Shown here one piece after another: positions 28,931 to 38,560 of a stretch of DNA of 64,000 nt. Origin of the DNA: Polyangiales bacterium (lineage in GTDB: Bacteria > Myxococcota_A > Polyangia > Polyangiales > Ga0077539); assembly GCA_044229975.1 (NCBI GenBank), contig JBGARZ010000010.1:128001-192000 (forward strand), written 5' to 3'. Numbering within the stretch: position 1 is the first letter of the stretch; each line of letters begins with the position of its first letter. The notes under the pieces are model-generated. The model did not search any database. It had not been told where the DNA came from and saw only the letters and a program-made list of their open reading frames with translations. The translations under genes and the position numbers were made by a program.

Positions 28931-30073
28931 TCAGGTGCCCGTCTCGGCCGGGTGCTGCTGATCGAGCATCACCTCGATGTCGTGCAGCGCTCGCACGATG
29001 GACGCCTTGCCCGCCTTGGCGCCGTACGCGAGCGGCACCGTCGCGTGGCGCGCGGCGTCGACCACGGGCGCGAAGTGCCGGTGCCCGATGAGCTCCTCCA
29101 GCACCACCACGGCGCCCACGCGGCCGTCGCGCACCCGGCGCTCCAGCGAGGCGATGCCCTGGGCGTTGCCGTTGTCCGTGGCGATCCACTCCACCTCGCC
29201 GCCGAGGTGCTTCTTCAACCGATCGAGCTTCTCCTGCTTCACCACGCCGCCGAGCAGCACCACCGGCTTCTCGGCGCTCAGCGCCAGCAGCCGAGGCATC
29301 TCCGGCCACTGCGCCGCCTCGTCCTCCTCGGGCGCCGCGACCGCTGCGCGCACCGCCTCCGGGATCACCATGCGCGTCGACACCCCGCGCGGCCCCGCCT
29401 GGTGCTGCTCGCGCTCGCGCTTCGCCCGCTCGGCGCGCGCCGCCCAGTCGCCGTGGTGGTTGCGCGCGAGCCCGAAGATGTCCCGCGTGTTGCGCTGAAA
29501 CGCCTTCGCCGTCAACACCCGGAACATCCGCGTCAACAGCTCGGCGCCATCACTGAGCCCTCTCGCCTGGAGGCCACGCGCCCGACAGGCGAACTCCTCC
29601 GCCCACGGCTTGAACGTCCCGTCGGCCAGGTTGTCGAAGTCCAGCGCCTGAAACTCGCGGAAGAGCGCCTCGACCTCCGGGTCGGTCTCGATGCGTCGGG
29701 GCGGCGGTGCGGGCACGGGCACCCGCGTCTCATCGTGGTGTGCGTCGTCGTCGCGGTGCTCGTCGGCCTCGGCCACCGCGCGCAGTCGCATCTCGGTCGC
29801 GGCCGCGGTCACCGGCTCGGTGCGAACCCGCGCCTCGGGCAGCGACTCCACCAGCGAGCGCAGGGTGAGCATCGCCTTCACCGCGCTCGACGACCGCTGC
29901 GTCTCCACCCCGAGCTTCACCGCGACGTCGGACACCAGGTCGGCTTCGATGGCTCTCAGGTAATCGTCGGCCGCTATCTTGATGCGCGCGACGCGGTCTT
30001 CGGAGTCCTGCCTCCGGGTTGTCAGTTGCGCGCGTAGCTTCTCCAGAAGGTCATCCACGGTATGCGTCATCAT
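28931..30073 (-). CDS. Hypothetical protein with DUF2325-like C-terminal domain
   Basis: Coiled-coil N-terminus; C-terminal VVLLGG..EVEW..VVVL..IGH..VP pattern. Confidence 0.55.
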   Translation of the reverse strand: MMTHTVDDLLEKLRAQLTTRRQDSEDRVARIKIAADDYLRAIEADLVSDVAVKLGVETQRSSSAVKAMLTLRSLVESLPEARVRTEPVTAAATEMRLRAVAEADEHRDDDAHHDETRVPVPAPPPRRIETDPEVEALFREFQALDFDNLADGTFKPWAEEFACRARGLQARGLSDGAELLTRMFRVLTAKAFQRNTRDIFGLARNHHGDWAARAERAKREREQHQAGPRGVSTRMVIPEAVRAAVAAPEEDEAAQWPEMPRLLALSAEKPVVLLGGVVKQEKLDRLKKHLGGEVEWIATDNGNAQGIASLERRVRDGRVGAVVVLEELIGHRHFAPVVDAARHATVPLAYGAKAGKASIVRALHDIEVMLDQQHPAETGT

Positions 30074-30181
30074 GGTTTGCACCCTAGCAGCATCGTCGCC
30101 GCCCGCTCGCGGTAGGACTTTGCCCACCCTGACGCCGCTCGACACCCACGGGCCGCTTGCACCATCATCCCGCGTCGCACC

Positions 30182-32380
30182 ATGCGACCGACCCTGCTCG
30201 CCTCCATCGGCCTGACGACCCTCCTCGCTGCCTGCGGCTCCGACCCGCCCGCCGCAACCCCCGTCGACGCGGGCACGGACGTCCCGGCGGTGGATGTCCC
30301 GGCCATCGATGTTCAGACCGTGGATGTGCCGGCGAGGGACGTGTCGCGGGTGTCTGCGGACGTCGCGCCGCCTACCGAGTGCAACGACGTGGAGATCGAA
30401 GAACTCTCCGCGCTCGGTGAGCTCGAAGGCGAGGTGACCCGCTACACGGGCAACAACCGCGAGGCCCGCAACAGCGCCACCGTGGGCATCCAGGTGCCCG
30501 CCTCCTTCGCGGCCCAGTGCAACTACCGAACGACCTACCAGCGCGTGTTCCGCTACGTGATGCGCCGCGCGGGCTCGTTGCGCATCAGCACCGCCAACGC
30601 GGGCACCGCGACCACCTTCGACAGCACCCTCGTCGCCGTCGCGATGCGCACCTGCGTCTCCGCGCCGCGTGACCTCTTCTGCAACGACGACGACCCCACG
30701 GCCACCGCCGCGAGCCGCAACCGCTTCGCCTCGCGCCTCGGGACGGCGGTGTTTCCCGCCGGGGCCACGGTGCTCATCGGCGTCGGCGGCCTGGCCGTCA
30801 CCACGCCCGTCGCGGGTCGCTCGGCGCTCGGGACCTTCGAGCTCTCCGTGGAAGAGCTCCCTGCCGTCGCCGAGGGCGGACGCTGTGATCGCCGACTGCT
30901 CGTGGGCGCTTGCGCCGCGGGGCTCAACTGCGTCGGCACGTCACCCGGCGCGGCCGAGGGGACGTGTCGCCGCGAGGGCAGCGTCCCGGGCGCGGCGTGC
31001 GCCAGCGAGAGCTGCGCGGCGGGCCTCACGTGCGACGCCACGACGAACACCTGCTTCCGCACGGTGGCGGTCGACATGCCCTGCGAGGCCACCGCGGGCG
31101 CGTGGAACCGCTGCAACCCCGACGCCTCCTGCGTCGCCCAGCCCGGCGGCGTCGGCCTCTGCCGCGCGCGCGGCACCGTCGCCAACTCGGCCTGCGCGCC
31201 CGGCAACCGTTGCACGGGCGAGGGCCTCGCCTGCGACGTGAGCACCGCGACGTGTCGGGTGACGGTGGCGCGCGACGGCGACTGCAACCTCACGGACTCG
31301 CTGTGCCCGACGGGGCAGGTCTGCCACTTCCTTCACGGGGCGCAGTCGGTGGGTCGCTGCGCCAACGCGGCCTCGCTCCCTGGCATGACCTGCTCGGGAA
31401 CGTGCGCGGCGGGCCTCACCTGCAACACCGGCGTGAGCCCCGCGCGCTGCTTCGGCGCGGCGGTGGCAGAGAACGAGGTGTGCACGGCGTTTGTCCCGTG
31501 CGCGACGGGCAACGTGTGCTTCCTCACCGACCCGACCGATCGGACGCGCGGTCGCTGCTACGCCGACGGCGGGAGCGGCGGTCGCTGCCGCGCGACGGGG
31601 GCACCCTGCAACACGGGCCTCGCGTGCACGAGCACCACTCCGGCCTCGGGGCGCTGCGTGCGGGTGGCGACCTCGGGCGAGACCTGCGAGCTCTACTCGG
31701 CGGGCATCATCTGTGGCACCGGAACGGTCTGCGCCCGCACCGAGGGTGCCGAGCTGGTGGGCACGTGCGTCGCCGAAGGGACGGTCGCGGGCGCAGCCTG
31801 CCGCACCACGGGGACACGCTGCGACGGAACGCTCCGCTGCACGACGGCGACGGGCGCCGGGGTCTGCCAGGCCGACGGGGCGATGGGGGTGTGTGATCCG
31901 CGGACGCTGGCGCTGGGCTGCGCGACGGGGCAGGTCTGCCACGCGACGGGCTTCAACACGGGGCGCTGCGCGACGACGACGGCGGAGGTCGAGCCCAACG
32001 ATCGGGTGGGCCTCGCGCAGTCGCTGTCGATGGCGTCGACGTCGGTGCGGCTCACGCTCGGGTCGGGCGACGTGGATTGTGTCTCGGTCGAGGCGATCGA
32101 GGGGGGAAGGCTCGTGGCGCGCGCGGTCGGGGTCAACGGGACGTGTCCGAGCAGCACCCTGACGCTCGACCTGTTTGACCCGGGCGGGCGGTTGCTCACG
32201 ACGGTCAGCGCCAACGGTGCGGGCAACTGCCCCATCATCGACGGGACGCTCCCGGACAGCCCGGCGTTTAGCGTCGCGCGGGGGTTGCGGGCGGGTCGCT
32301 ATGTGGTGTGCGAGCGCAGCGCGACGAGCGCCGACGTCGGCGAAAACGTCCTCGACGTGGACGTCACCGCGGCGCCATGA
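30182..32380 (+). CDS. Cys-rich lipoprotein with PPC-like domains
   Basis: Lipobox LAAC; FDSTL..CNDD and EVEPND motifs; many Cys repeats. Confidence 0.7.
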   Translation: MRPTLLASIGLTTLLAACGSDPPAATPVDAGTDVPAVDVPAIDVQTVDVPARDVSRVSADVAPPTECNDVEIEELSALGELEGEVTRYTGNNREARNSATVGIQVPASFAAQCNYRTTYQRVFRYVMRRAGSLRISTANAGTATTFDSTLVAVAMRTCVSAPRDLFCNDDDPTATAASRNRFASRLGTAVFPAGATVLIGVGGLAVTTPVAGRSALGTFELSVEELPAVAEGGRCDRRLLVGACAAGLNCVGTSPGAAEGTCRREGSVPGAACASESCAAGLTCDATTNTCFRTVAVDMPCEATAGAWNRCNPDASCVAQPGGVGLCRARGTVANSACAPGNRCTGEGLACDVSTATCRVTVARDGDCNLTDSLCPTGQVCHFLHGAQSVGRCANAASLPGMTCSGTCAAGLTCNTGVSPARCFGAAVAENEVCTAFVPCATGNVCFLTDPTDRTRGRCYADGGSGGRCRATGAPCNTGLACTSTTPASGRCVRVATSGETCELYSAGIICGTGTVCARTEGAELVGTCVAEGTVAGAACRTTGTRCDGTLRCTTATGAGVCQADGAMGVCDPRTLALGCATGQVCHATGFNTGRCATTTAEVEPNDRVGLAQSLSMASTSVRLTLGSGDVDCVSVEAIEGGRLVARAVGVNGTCPSSTLTLDLFDPGGRLLTTVSANGAGNCPIIDGTLPDSPAFSVARGLRAGRYVVCERSATSADVGENVLDVDVTAAP

Positions 32381-32604
32381 GCGAGTCCGCGGCGACGGAC
32401 GACCCGACCGACGGCGTGCTGGTGGTGCGCCGCGGACCGGGCGCCAACTGCTCCTCCATCGGGAGCGCCGTGGAGATGCTCTTCCTCTCGGCGACGGTGG
32501 GGACGGCCATCCTCGCGGCGGTGGCCGCCTCGCTCGACCCGAAGGACGACGAGCCCGACGAGGACGAGCCGACGCCGCCGCCAGCGCCGACGGAAGGGCA
32601 GTGA
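32377..32604 (+). CDS. Small (75 aa) membrane peptide with RRGPGANCSSIGS motif
   Basis: ATGA overlap upstream and GTGA overlap downstream; hydrophobic helix followed by acidic/Pro tail. Confidence 0.7.
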   Translation: MSESAATDDPTDGVLVVRRGPGANCSSIGSAVEMLFLSATVGTAILAAVAASLDPKDDEPDEDEPTPPPAPTEGQ

Positions 32605-33728
32605 GCAGCCCCGTCACCCGCGTTCGGCCGGAGCCCTTCGGGGCGTGGGTTCGCCTCCACGACGACACCCTCGTCGCGATCGACCATCGACGCGCGGCGC
32701 GCCTCGGCGTCGAGCCCGGGGTGTTTGGGGAGGGCCATGTGTCGGCGCCCCTGGAGGTGCACGTCGCCGTCACCGCGCGTTGCCCGGTCGACTGCGCCGG
32801 GTGCTACCAGTCGGCTTCGACGGACGGGGCGCATGTTCCATTGCAGCAGCTCCGGGAGACGCTCGCGCAACTGAGCAGGGATGGGGTGTTCACGGTTGCG
32901 TTTGGTGGAGGAGAGCCGCTGCTGCGGGACGACCTCGGGGTGTTGGGTGACGAGGCGCGCGCGCTGGGTCTCACGCCCGTGGTGACCACGAGCGGGTACG
33001 GGCTCACGGCGTCGCGGGCGCGGGCGCTGCGGTCGTTCGCGCAGGTCAACGTGTCGCATGACGGCGTGAAGGGCGGGTACGAGGCGGTGCGCGGCTTCGA
33101 TGGTGTGGCGGTGGCCGAGCGGGCCATCGCGGTGCTGCGCGGGGAGGGCATCGCGGTGGGCATCAACCACGTGCTCACGAGCGCCAACGTCGACGGCGTC
33201 GCGGCGATGATCGACCACGCGCGAACGCTCGGCGCGAGGGAGCTGCAACTCCTGCGGTACAAGCCGGCGGGGCGCGCGGCGTCGCTGGAGTACCTCGCGC
33301 GGCGGTTGACGCCGGCGCAGTGTGACGCGCTCGGTGAGACGCTGCGCACGACGGCAGAGACGCTGGGCGAGGGGTTCTCGGTGCGGGTGGATTGCGCGTT
33401 GGTTCCGCTGGTGTCGCGGGCGCTACCGGATGCGGCGATGCTGGCGCGCTTCGGGGTGTTTGGCTGCGAGGCGGGCGGTCATCTCGGGTCGGTGCGACGC
33501 GACGGTAGCGCGGGCGGATGCAGCTTCGACGACGCGCCCGGCGCGGAGGGCATCGCGGGGTTTCGGGCGTTTGTCGCGGCGCCGCCGGAGCCGTGCGCGT
33601 CGTGCGCGTTGCGCAGCGTGTGTCGCGGCGGATGCAAGGTGGTGAGCCGACACCTGGGGCAGGGGTTTGCGCCCGACCCGGAGTGCCCGCGGGTGATCGA
33701 ACATCGCGCGGCGGTGCGAGCGACGTGA
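32601..33728 (+). CDS. Radical SAM/SPASM domain protein
   Basis: CPVDCAGC, GGGEP, TTSG; SPASM C..GCSF..CASC..CRGGC..DPEC; N-terminal RPEPFGA. Confidence 0.9.
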   Translation: MSSPVTRVRPEPFGAWVRLHDDTLVAIDHRRAARLGVEPGVFGEGHVSAPLEVHVAVTARCPVDCAGCYQSASTDGAHVPLQQLRETLAQLSRDGVFTVAFGGGEPLLRDDLGVLGDEARALGLTPVVTTSGYGLTASRARALRSFAQVNVSHDGVKGGYEAVRGFDGVAVAERAIAVLRGEGIAVGINHVLTSANVDGVAAMIDHARTLGARELQLLRYKPAGRAASLEYLARRLTPAQCDALGETLRTTAETLGEGFSVRVDCALVPLVSRALPDAAMLARFGVFGCEAGGHLGSVRRDGSAGGCSFDDAPGAEGIAGFRAFVAAPPEPCASCALRSVCRGGCKVVSRHLGQGFAPDPECPRVIEHRAAVRAT

Positions 33729-34036
33729 GCGCAGAGATGCGGCCGTGGCGGGCGGGCGTATCGCTGTCGTTGGCGCTGGCGCCGCTGACGTGGGCGCTGG
33801 TGTTGCTGGTGGAGCGCGCGACGCGACCGGAGCCCGACCCGGTGGCGGTGGTGTGGGCCGAGCGGTCGCCGTTCATCGGGCGCGCGCTGGTGGCGGCCTA
33901 CGTGAGCGTGGCCCTCGCGACGATGCTGACGGCCGCGGCGGGACGGTGGCGGGTGATGCGCGGCGAGCGGTCGTGGGACGTGGCGCTGACACTGGGCGCG
34001 GTCGGGGCGTTGGTGCAGGTGGTGGCGTGGCGGTGA
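33725..34036 (+). CDS. Small membrane protein (about 3 TM)
   Basis: GTGA overlap with the radical SAM stop; hydrophobic segments. Confidence 0.6.
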   Translation: MSAEMRPWRAGVSLSLALAPLTWALVLLVERATRPEPDPVAVVWAERSPFIGRALVAAYVSVALATMLTAAAGRWRVMRGERSWDVALTLGAVGALVQVVAWR

Positions 34037-34365
34037 TTCCGGCGGGGCCCGCGGCGGCGGTGCTGCTCGCGGCGATCGTGGGCGCGGTCGTGAGCGCGCG
34101 GTGGGCGCGCGGGGCGGCGGGCGCGGTGGCGCTGGGTGCGCTGGGCTGGGTGCTGGCGACGCGGGCGCTGTGGGAGGCCGACGTGCGGCGCGGGGTGTAC
34201 ATCGCGTCGCGGGCGCGTGGGCTGTGGCTCGACCGCGGCGTGGCATTGGCGGTAGCCGCGAGCATGGTGGCGATGGCGGCGGGGCTGCGCGGGTCGCGGG
34301 CGGGGTTCGGGGTGGCAGCGGGGATGGCAGCGGGGGCGATGGCGTGCGCGTGGGCGGCGGGGTGA
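34033..34365 (+). CDS. Small Ala/Gly-rich membrane protein
   Basis: GTGA overlap with the previous stop; hydrophobic segments. Confidence 0.5.
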   Translation: MIPAGPAAAVLLAAIVGAVVSARWARGAAGAVALGALGWVLATRALWEADVRRGVYIASRARGLWLDRGVALAVAASMVAMAAGLRGSRAGFGVAAGMAAGAMACAWAAG

Positions 34366-34549
34366 TGGAGGGTCGGGCTCGCGTCGGTCTGATCAGGGAC
34401 GCTGAGGTGTGGATACGAGCAACGCGAAGACTCACGTCGCCACGGGCCGCCACCTCCGCCGCCACCCCCGCCGCCACCCGCCGCCACCTCGCTCACGCTT
34501 GAATCTTCGCTATTTCGCGCTGGCACGCGCCACGCTCTGTGGTCGCTCC

Positions 34550-35479
34550 GTGTCGTCGCCATTCGACCGCTTCGCCAAGGACGTCCTCGACCTGCTGCTC
34601 TCCGACTACGGGCGACTGGAGACCGAGGTCGAAGCTCCGCCGCTCTCGTCACAGCGCTCGGACCTGTTCTTCGTTCCTGACCCTGTGCTGGAGGCGGCGC
34701 GGCGATCGTTGGGGACGCTCGGTCGGATGACGGAGGTGAGCTGTCTGTTGGAGCCGATGCGCGAGGCGCCCGGCTTGATGGACGTGGGCGAGTGCCTCCG
34801 CAAGCTGCTCAACCACCGCCACGCCCGCGTGCTCGGCAAGCGCCCCGCCGCGGAGCGCTCGTGGCTGCTCTGCGGTGGGCGCCCCGACCGCGCGCTGGTG
34901 GCGATGCGGTTCCGTCCCTCGTTCGGGTGGCCACGGGGGTTCTACGATTTGGGCGAGGCGCTTTCGTTGTCCATCGTGGTGTTGTCCGAACTGGAGAGAA
35001 CCGGAGACACCCTGGCGCTGCGGTTGATGGGCGCCAGAGCGACGCTACGCGGCGCGCTGGAAGACCTCGCAAACACGCCGCCCGGAGCGGTGCGCGACGC
35101 CCTGGTGAAGCTGGTGGTAGAACAGCAGATGTTCCGGCGTGCCGGTAGTGCGACTGGTCCAGCGCCGCAGAGTGAGGAGGAGAGGGAGATCATGAAGAGC
35201 ATGCCGTTCGTGGAAGAGCTCGAACGTCGCTGTCGCGAGGAGGGCCGCACCGAGGGCCGCACCGAGGGCCGCACCGAGGGCCGCACCGAGGGCCGCACCG
35301 AGGGCGTGCTGCGGTCGGTCGCGCGCGTCGTCGAGCGCCGACTCGGACGTGAACTCCTGAGCCCCGAGCTCGCGTCGCTCCGTCAGCACGTCGCCCGTGG
35401 CGGGGAGAGCACCCTCGATCAGGCGCTCGACCTCGACCCCGCCGCGCTCGCCGCGTGGCTCGTCGATCGCGCCGACTGA
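34550..35479 (+). CDS. Rpn/YhgA-like PD-(D/E)XK nuclease-fold protein
   Basis: FDRFAK..ETEVE..QRSDLFF..LLEP N-terminus; EGR repeat tract; RRLG-type C-terminal helical domain. Confidence 0.65.
   Translation: MSSPFDRFAKDVLDLLLSDYGRLETEVEAPPLSSQRSDLFFVPDPVLEAARRSLGTLGRMTEVSCLLEPMREAPGLMDVGECLRKLLNHRHARVLGKRPAAERSWLLCGGRPDRALVAMRFRPSFGWPRGFYDLGEALSLSIVVLSELERTGDTLALRLMGARATLRGALEDLANTPPGAVRDALVKLVVEQQMFRRAGSATGPAPQSEEEREIMKSMPFVEELERRCREEGRTEGRTEGRTEGRTEGRTEGVLRSVARVVERRLGRELLSPELASLRQHVARGGESTLDQALDLDPAALAAWLVDRAD
35240..35305 (+). repeat. 12-bp coding tandem repeat (EGRT x5)
   Basis: gagggccgcacc repeated five times plus gagggc. Confidence 0.95.
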
Positions 35480-35534
35480 TCCACTCACCCGTCGCCCCGC
35501 CATCCGTCACGGTCGCTGCTACTGTGCGGTTGCG

Positions 35535-37565
35535 ATGAGTTCGTTTCCTCTCAACGCCGCGCAGCTCGCGGCGGTGGCCCACGGCGCCGGGCCCGCCCTC
35601 GTGCTCGCCGGCGCGGGCTCTGGCAAGACCCGCGTCATCACGCAGCGCATCGCGCGGCTCATCGAGGCGGGCAACCTGCCGCGCACCATCGCCGCCGTGA
35701 CCTTCACCAACAAGGCCGCCGAGGAGATGCAGGAGCGCCTCTTCGGCGTCGTCGGCCCCGCCGCCAAGGACGTGTGGATCTCCACCTTCCACTCGCTCGG
35801 CGGCGAGATCGTCCGCCGCGAGATGCCCCGCGGCAGCCCCTTCGTCGTCTACGACGGCGCCGACAGCGCGGGCCTCATCAAGGAACTCCTCCGCGACCGC
35901 CCCAACGAGATCGACGGCAAGCGCCTCGACACCGGCGCCATCCTCTCGCGCATCTCCCACGCGAAAAACGCCATGTGCTCCCCCGAGGAGCTCGTGCCCG
36001 AGAGCGAAGCCAACGCCTACGACGAGATCGCCGCGTGGGTGTATCCGCGCTACCAGGCAGCCCTCCAAAGACTGAAGGCGCTCGACTTCGACGACCTCAT
36101 TTTGTGGCCGCTCCAGAAGCTCACCGAGGACGAGCAGGTGCGCGACAAGTGGCGCGCCCGCATGCGCTACCTGCTGGTCGACGAATTCCAGGACACCAAC
36201 CGCGCGCAGCTGTTGTTGGTGAAGCAGCTCTCGGGGGAGAGCGGCAACGTGTTTTGCGTGGGCGACGACGACCAGTCCATCTACGGGTGGCGCGGGGCCG
36301 ACATCGCCAACGTCATCGATTTCGCGACGCACTTCCCCGGCGCCAAGAAGCTCGCCCTCGAACAGAACTACCGCTCCCGCAAGCCCGTCCTCGACGTCGC
36401 CAACGCCATCATGGAGGGCCAGGTGCGGGCCTTCCCCAAGCGGCTCTTCACCGACCGCGAGGGCGGCGCCACCGTGAAGGTCGTGCACGCCGACTCGGCC
36501 GAAGGGGAGGTGAAGTTCGTCGGCGCGACGATCACGAAGCTGCTCTCCAAGGGGTACAAGAAGAAGGAGATCGGGGTGCTCTACCGCTCCAACCTCCTGT
36601 CGCGCGGCGTCGAGGAGTTTCTCCGGCTCAACAACATCCCCTACCGGATGATCGGCGGTAACTCCGTCTACGAGCGCCGCGAGGTGAAGGACCTCATCGC
36701 CTACCTCCGCCTCGCCGTGTATCCGAGCGATGAGATCTCGTTTCGTCGGGTGGTGAACTACCCCGCGCGGGGCATCGGCGACGCGACGCTGCTGCGGCTG
36801 GAGAAGTACGGCCTCGCGAAGGGCGTGTCGCTGCTGGTGGCGGCCGAGCAGTGCGCGGCCATCGCCGACATCGCGCAGAACACCAAGGACGCGCTGATGG
36901 CCTTCGCGCGCATCGTGCGCATCACGCGGTCGCAGTTCGAGAAGGGCGTCGGGCTGAGCACCGTGGCGGCGCAGGTGGCGCGCACCATCAAGCTCAAGGA
37001 GGACATCTTCGAGGCGGGTCCGTCGGCGATCGTGGCGGGCAAGCGCTGGGGCAACATCGAGCGGCTGCTCAAGACCATGGACAAGGCCGACGCGAAGGAC
37101 ATCGGCGAGGTGGGGGTGGTGCTGCAACGCCTCACGCTGCACTTCGCCGAAGACGACGAGGGGGTGAAGGACGAGGTCACGCTCAGCACGCTCCACGGGT
37201 CGAAGGGGCTGGAGTTCGGGACGGTGTTCTTCATGGGTTGTGAGGAGGGGATCATTCCTCATGCGCGAACGGACAACCCGAAGGCGACGGACATCGCGTC
37301 GACCATCGACGCGGGCGAGGAGCGGCGGCTCTTCTACGTGGGTGTGACGCGCGCGAAGGAGCAGTTGTATCTGATGAGGGCGCGCAAGCGCTCCAACCGC
37401 GGGCCCGCGCGGCCGACGCTGCCGACGCGCTTTCTCACGCTGCCCGCGCTGGCGAAGGGGGTGTTGGAGGACGTGACGTTCAACTCCGAGGCACCGTTGC
37501 AGGTGGACGACATCGTCGCGCAGGCCAAGAGCTTCCGGGAGAAGCTGCTCGCGAAGAAGGGTTAG
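35535..37565 (+). CDS. UvrD/Rep/PcrA family ATP-dependent DNA helicase
   Basis: AGAGSGKT, TFTNKAA, STFHS, DEFQDTN, VGDDDQSIYGWRGA, QNYRS, TLHGSKGLEF, EERRLFYVGVTRA. Confidence 0.95.
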   Translation: MSSFPLNAAQLAAVAHGAGPALVLAGAGSGKTRVITQRIARLIEAGNLPRTIAAVTFTNKAAEEMQERLFGVVGPAAKDVWISTFHSLGGEIVRREMPRGSPFVVYDGADSAGLIKELLRDRPNEIDGKRLDTGAILSRISHAKNAMCSPEELVPESEANAYDEIAAWVYPRYQAALQRLKALDFDDLILWPLQKLTEDEQVRDKWRARMRYLLVDEFQDTNRAQLLLVKQLSGESGNVFCVGDDDQSIYGWRGADIANVIDFATHFPGAKKLALEQNYRSRKPVLDVANAIMEGQVRAFPKRLFTDREGGATVKVVHADSAEGEVKFVGATITKLLSKGYKKKEIGVLYRSNLLSRGVEEFLRLNNIPYRMIGGNSVYERREVKDLIAYLRLAVYPSDEISFRRVVNYPARGIGDATLLRLEKYGLAKGVSLLVAAEQCAAIADIAQNTKDALMAFARIVRITRSQFEKGVGLSTVAAQVARTIKLKEDIFEAGPSAIVAGKRWGNIERLLKTMDKADAKDIGEVGVVLQRLTLHFAEDDEGVKDEVTLSTLHGSKGLEFGTVFFMGCEEGIIPHARTDNPKATDIASTIDAGEERRLFYVGVTRAKEQLYLMRARKRSNRGPARPTLPTRFLTLPALAKGVLEDVTFNSEAPLQVDDIVAQAKSFREKLLAKKG

Positions 37566-37610
37566 ACGCGCCCGCGCGGCGTGTGCTCTCTTCCGCCGCG
37601 GAGAGAGACC

Positions 37611-38081
37611 ATGCGCATCGCCGTCGTCGCCTTCAGCCTCCTGCTCGCGCGTGCGAGCTGCTCCGACCGGGCCCACCCCGTGACCACACCCGTCGGGGAC
37701 AACGCGAACGGCGAGGTGGAGGTCGCCACCGCCGCCGACGGTGGGCGCTCGCGACCGCGCGAGATCACCGCGCGTCACATCCTGGTGATGTACGCCGGCA
37801 GCGAACGGGCGCCTGAGGACATCACCCGCAACCAGCAGGCCGCGCGAACCCGCGCCGAAGAGGCCCTGCGACGGGCGCGCGCGGGCGAGGACTTCGCCAC
37901 GCTGGCGCGCGAGTTCTCCGATGAGCCGGGCGCCGCGGAGCGCGGCGGATCACTGGGTCACTTCGGTCGCGGCCGGATGGTGCGCGCCTTCGAGGAGGCG
38001 GCCTTCGCGCTGGAGGTCAACGAGATCTCCGGCCTGGTGGAGACGCCCTTCGGCTATCACGTCATCCAGCGCACGCAGTAA
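37611..38081 (+). CDS. Parvulin-type peptidyl-prolyl isomerase
   Basis: [36 protein letters not shown]. Confidence 0.92.
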   Translation: MRIAVVAFSLLLARASCSDRAHPVTTPVGDNANGEVEVATAADGGRSRPREITARHILVMYAGSERAPEDITRNQQAARTRAEEALRRARAGEDFATLAREFSDEPGAAERGGSLGHFGRGRMVRAFEEAAFALEVNEISGLVETPFGYHVIQRTQ

Positions 38082-38118
38082 CCTCGATTGGGGCCTCGCG
38101 CCTGACGTTGATGTCGCG

Positions 38119-38223
38119 TTCGGCAAACCGGCGGCCGCAAGGACGCCTGGCCTGAGGGGGACAACGGCACGATCCAATGAGGCCCCCCCGTCCCGGCGTC
38201 CTTGCGGCCGCCCGTTTGTCGAA
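38119..38223. repeat. Inverted repeat (29-bp arms), REP-like
   Basis: 38119-38147 pairs with 38195-38223 (2 mismatches); core gccgcaaggacgc shared with the element at 22371-22528. Confidence 0.85.
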
Positions 38224-38232
38224 GGCAGGCGC

Positions 38233-38533
38233 GACGCCCTCCCGCGACGCCCTCCCGCAGGGCGACGGTGCCAAAAACGCTTGATTCACCGTGCCGCAGG
38301 TTGAAACCCACGGCAACGATGGGCTCTTTTCCCAAAGACCATGCAAGTCCGCAGCGGACTCTTCAATCGCAGTCCGCTGCGGACTTTCAGCGTTGGCCAC
38401 GGCCCACATCGTTGCCGTGGGTTTCAACCCGCGGCACGGTGAAACAAGCGATTTTGGCACCGTCGCCCTGCCCCCTCCCGTGACGCCCTCCCGTGACGCC
38501 CTCCCGCGACCCCCTCCCGCGACGCCCTCCCGC
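38233..38533. repeat. Composite repeat: inverted repeat with 65-bp arms and an inner palindrome pair, embedded in a 13-bp tandem array
   Basis: 38257-38321 pairs with 38407-38471; inner aagtccgcagcggact / agtccgctgcggactt; gacgccctcccgc x2 on the left and x4 (some degenerate) on the right. Confidence 0.9.
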
Positions 38534-38560
38534 GGCGACGGGCGCGACGTCTCCCGCGCT

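Noticed and set aside
34448..34490. ccgccacc short repeats upstream of the Rpn-like gene
   Set aside because: Low-complexity GC sequence; no evidence for function
38233..38533. Possible CRISPR array
   Set aside because: The 13-bp units are directly tandem with no unique spacers, and there are no cas genes in the window
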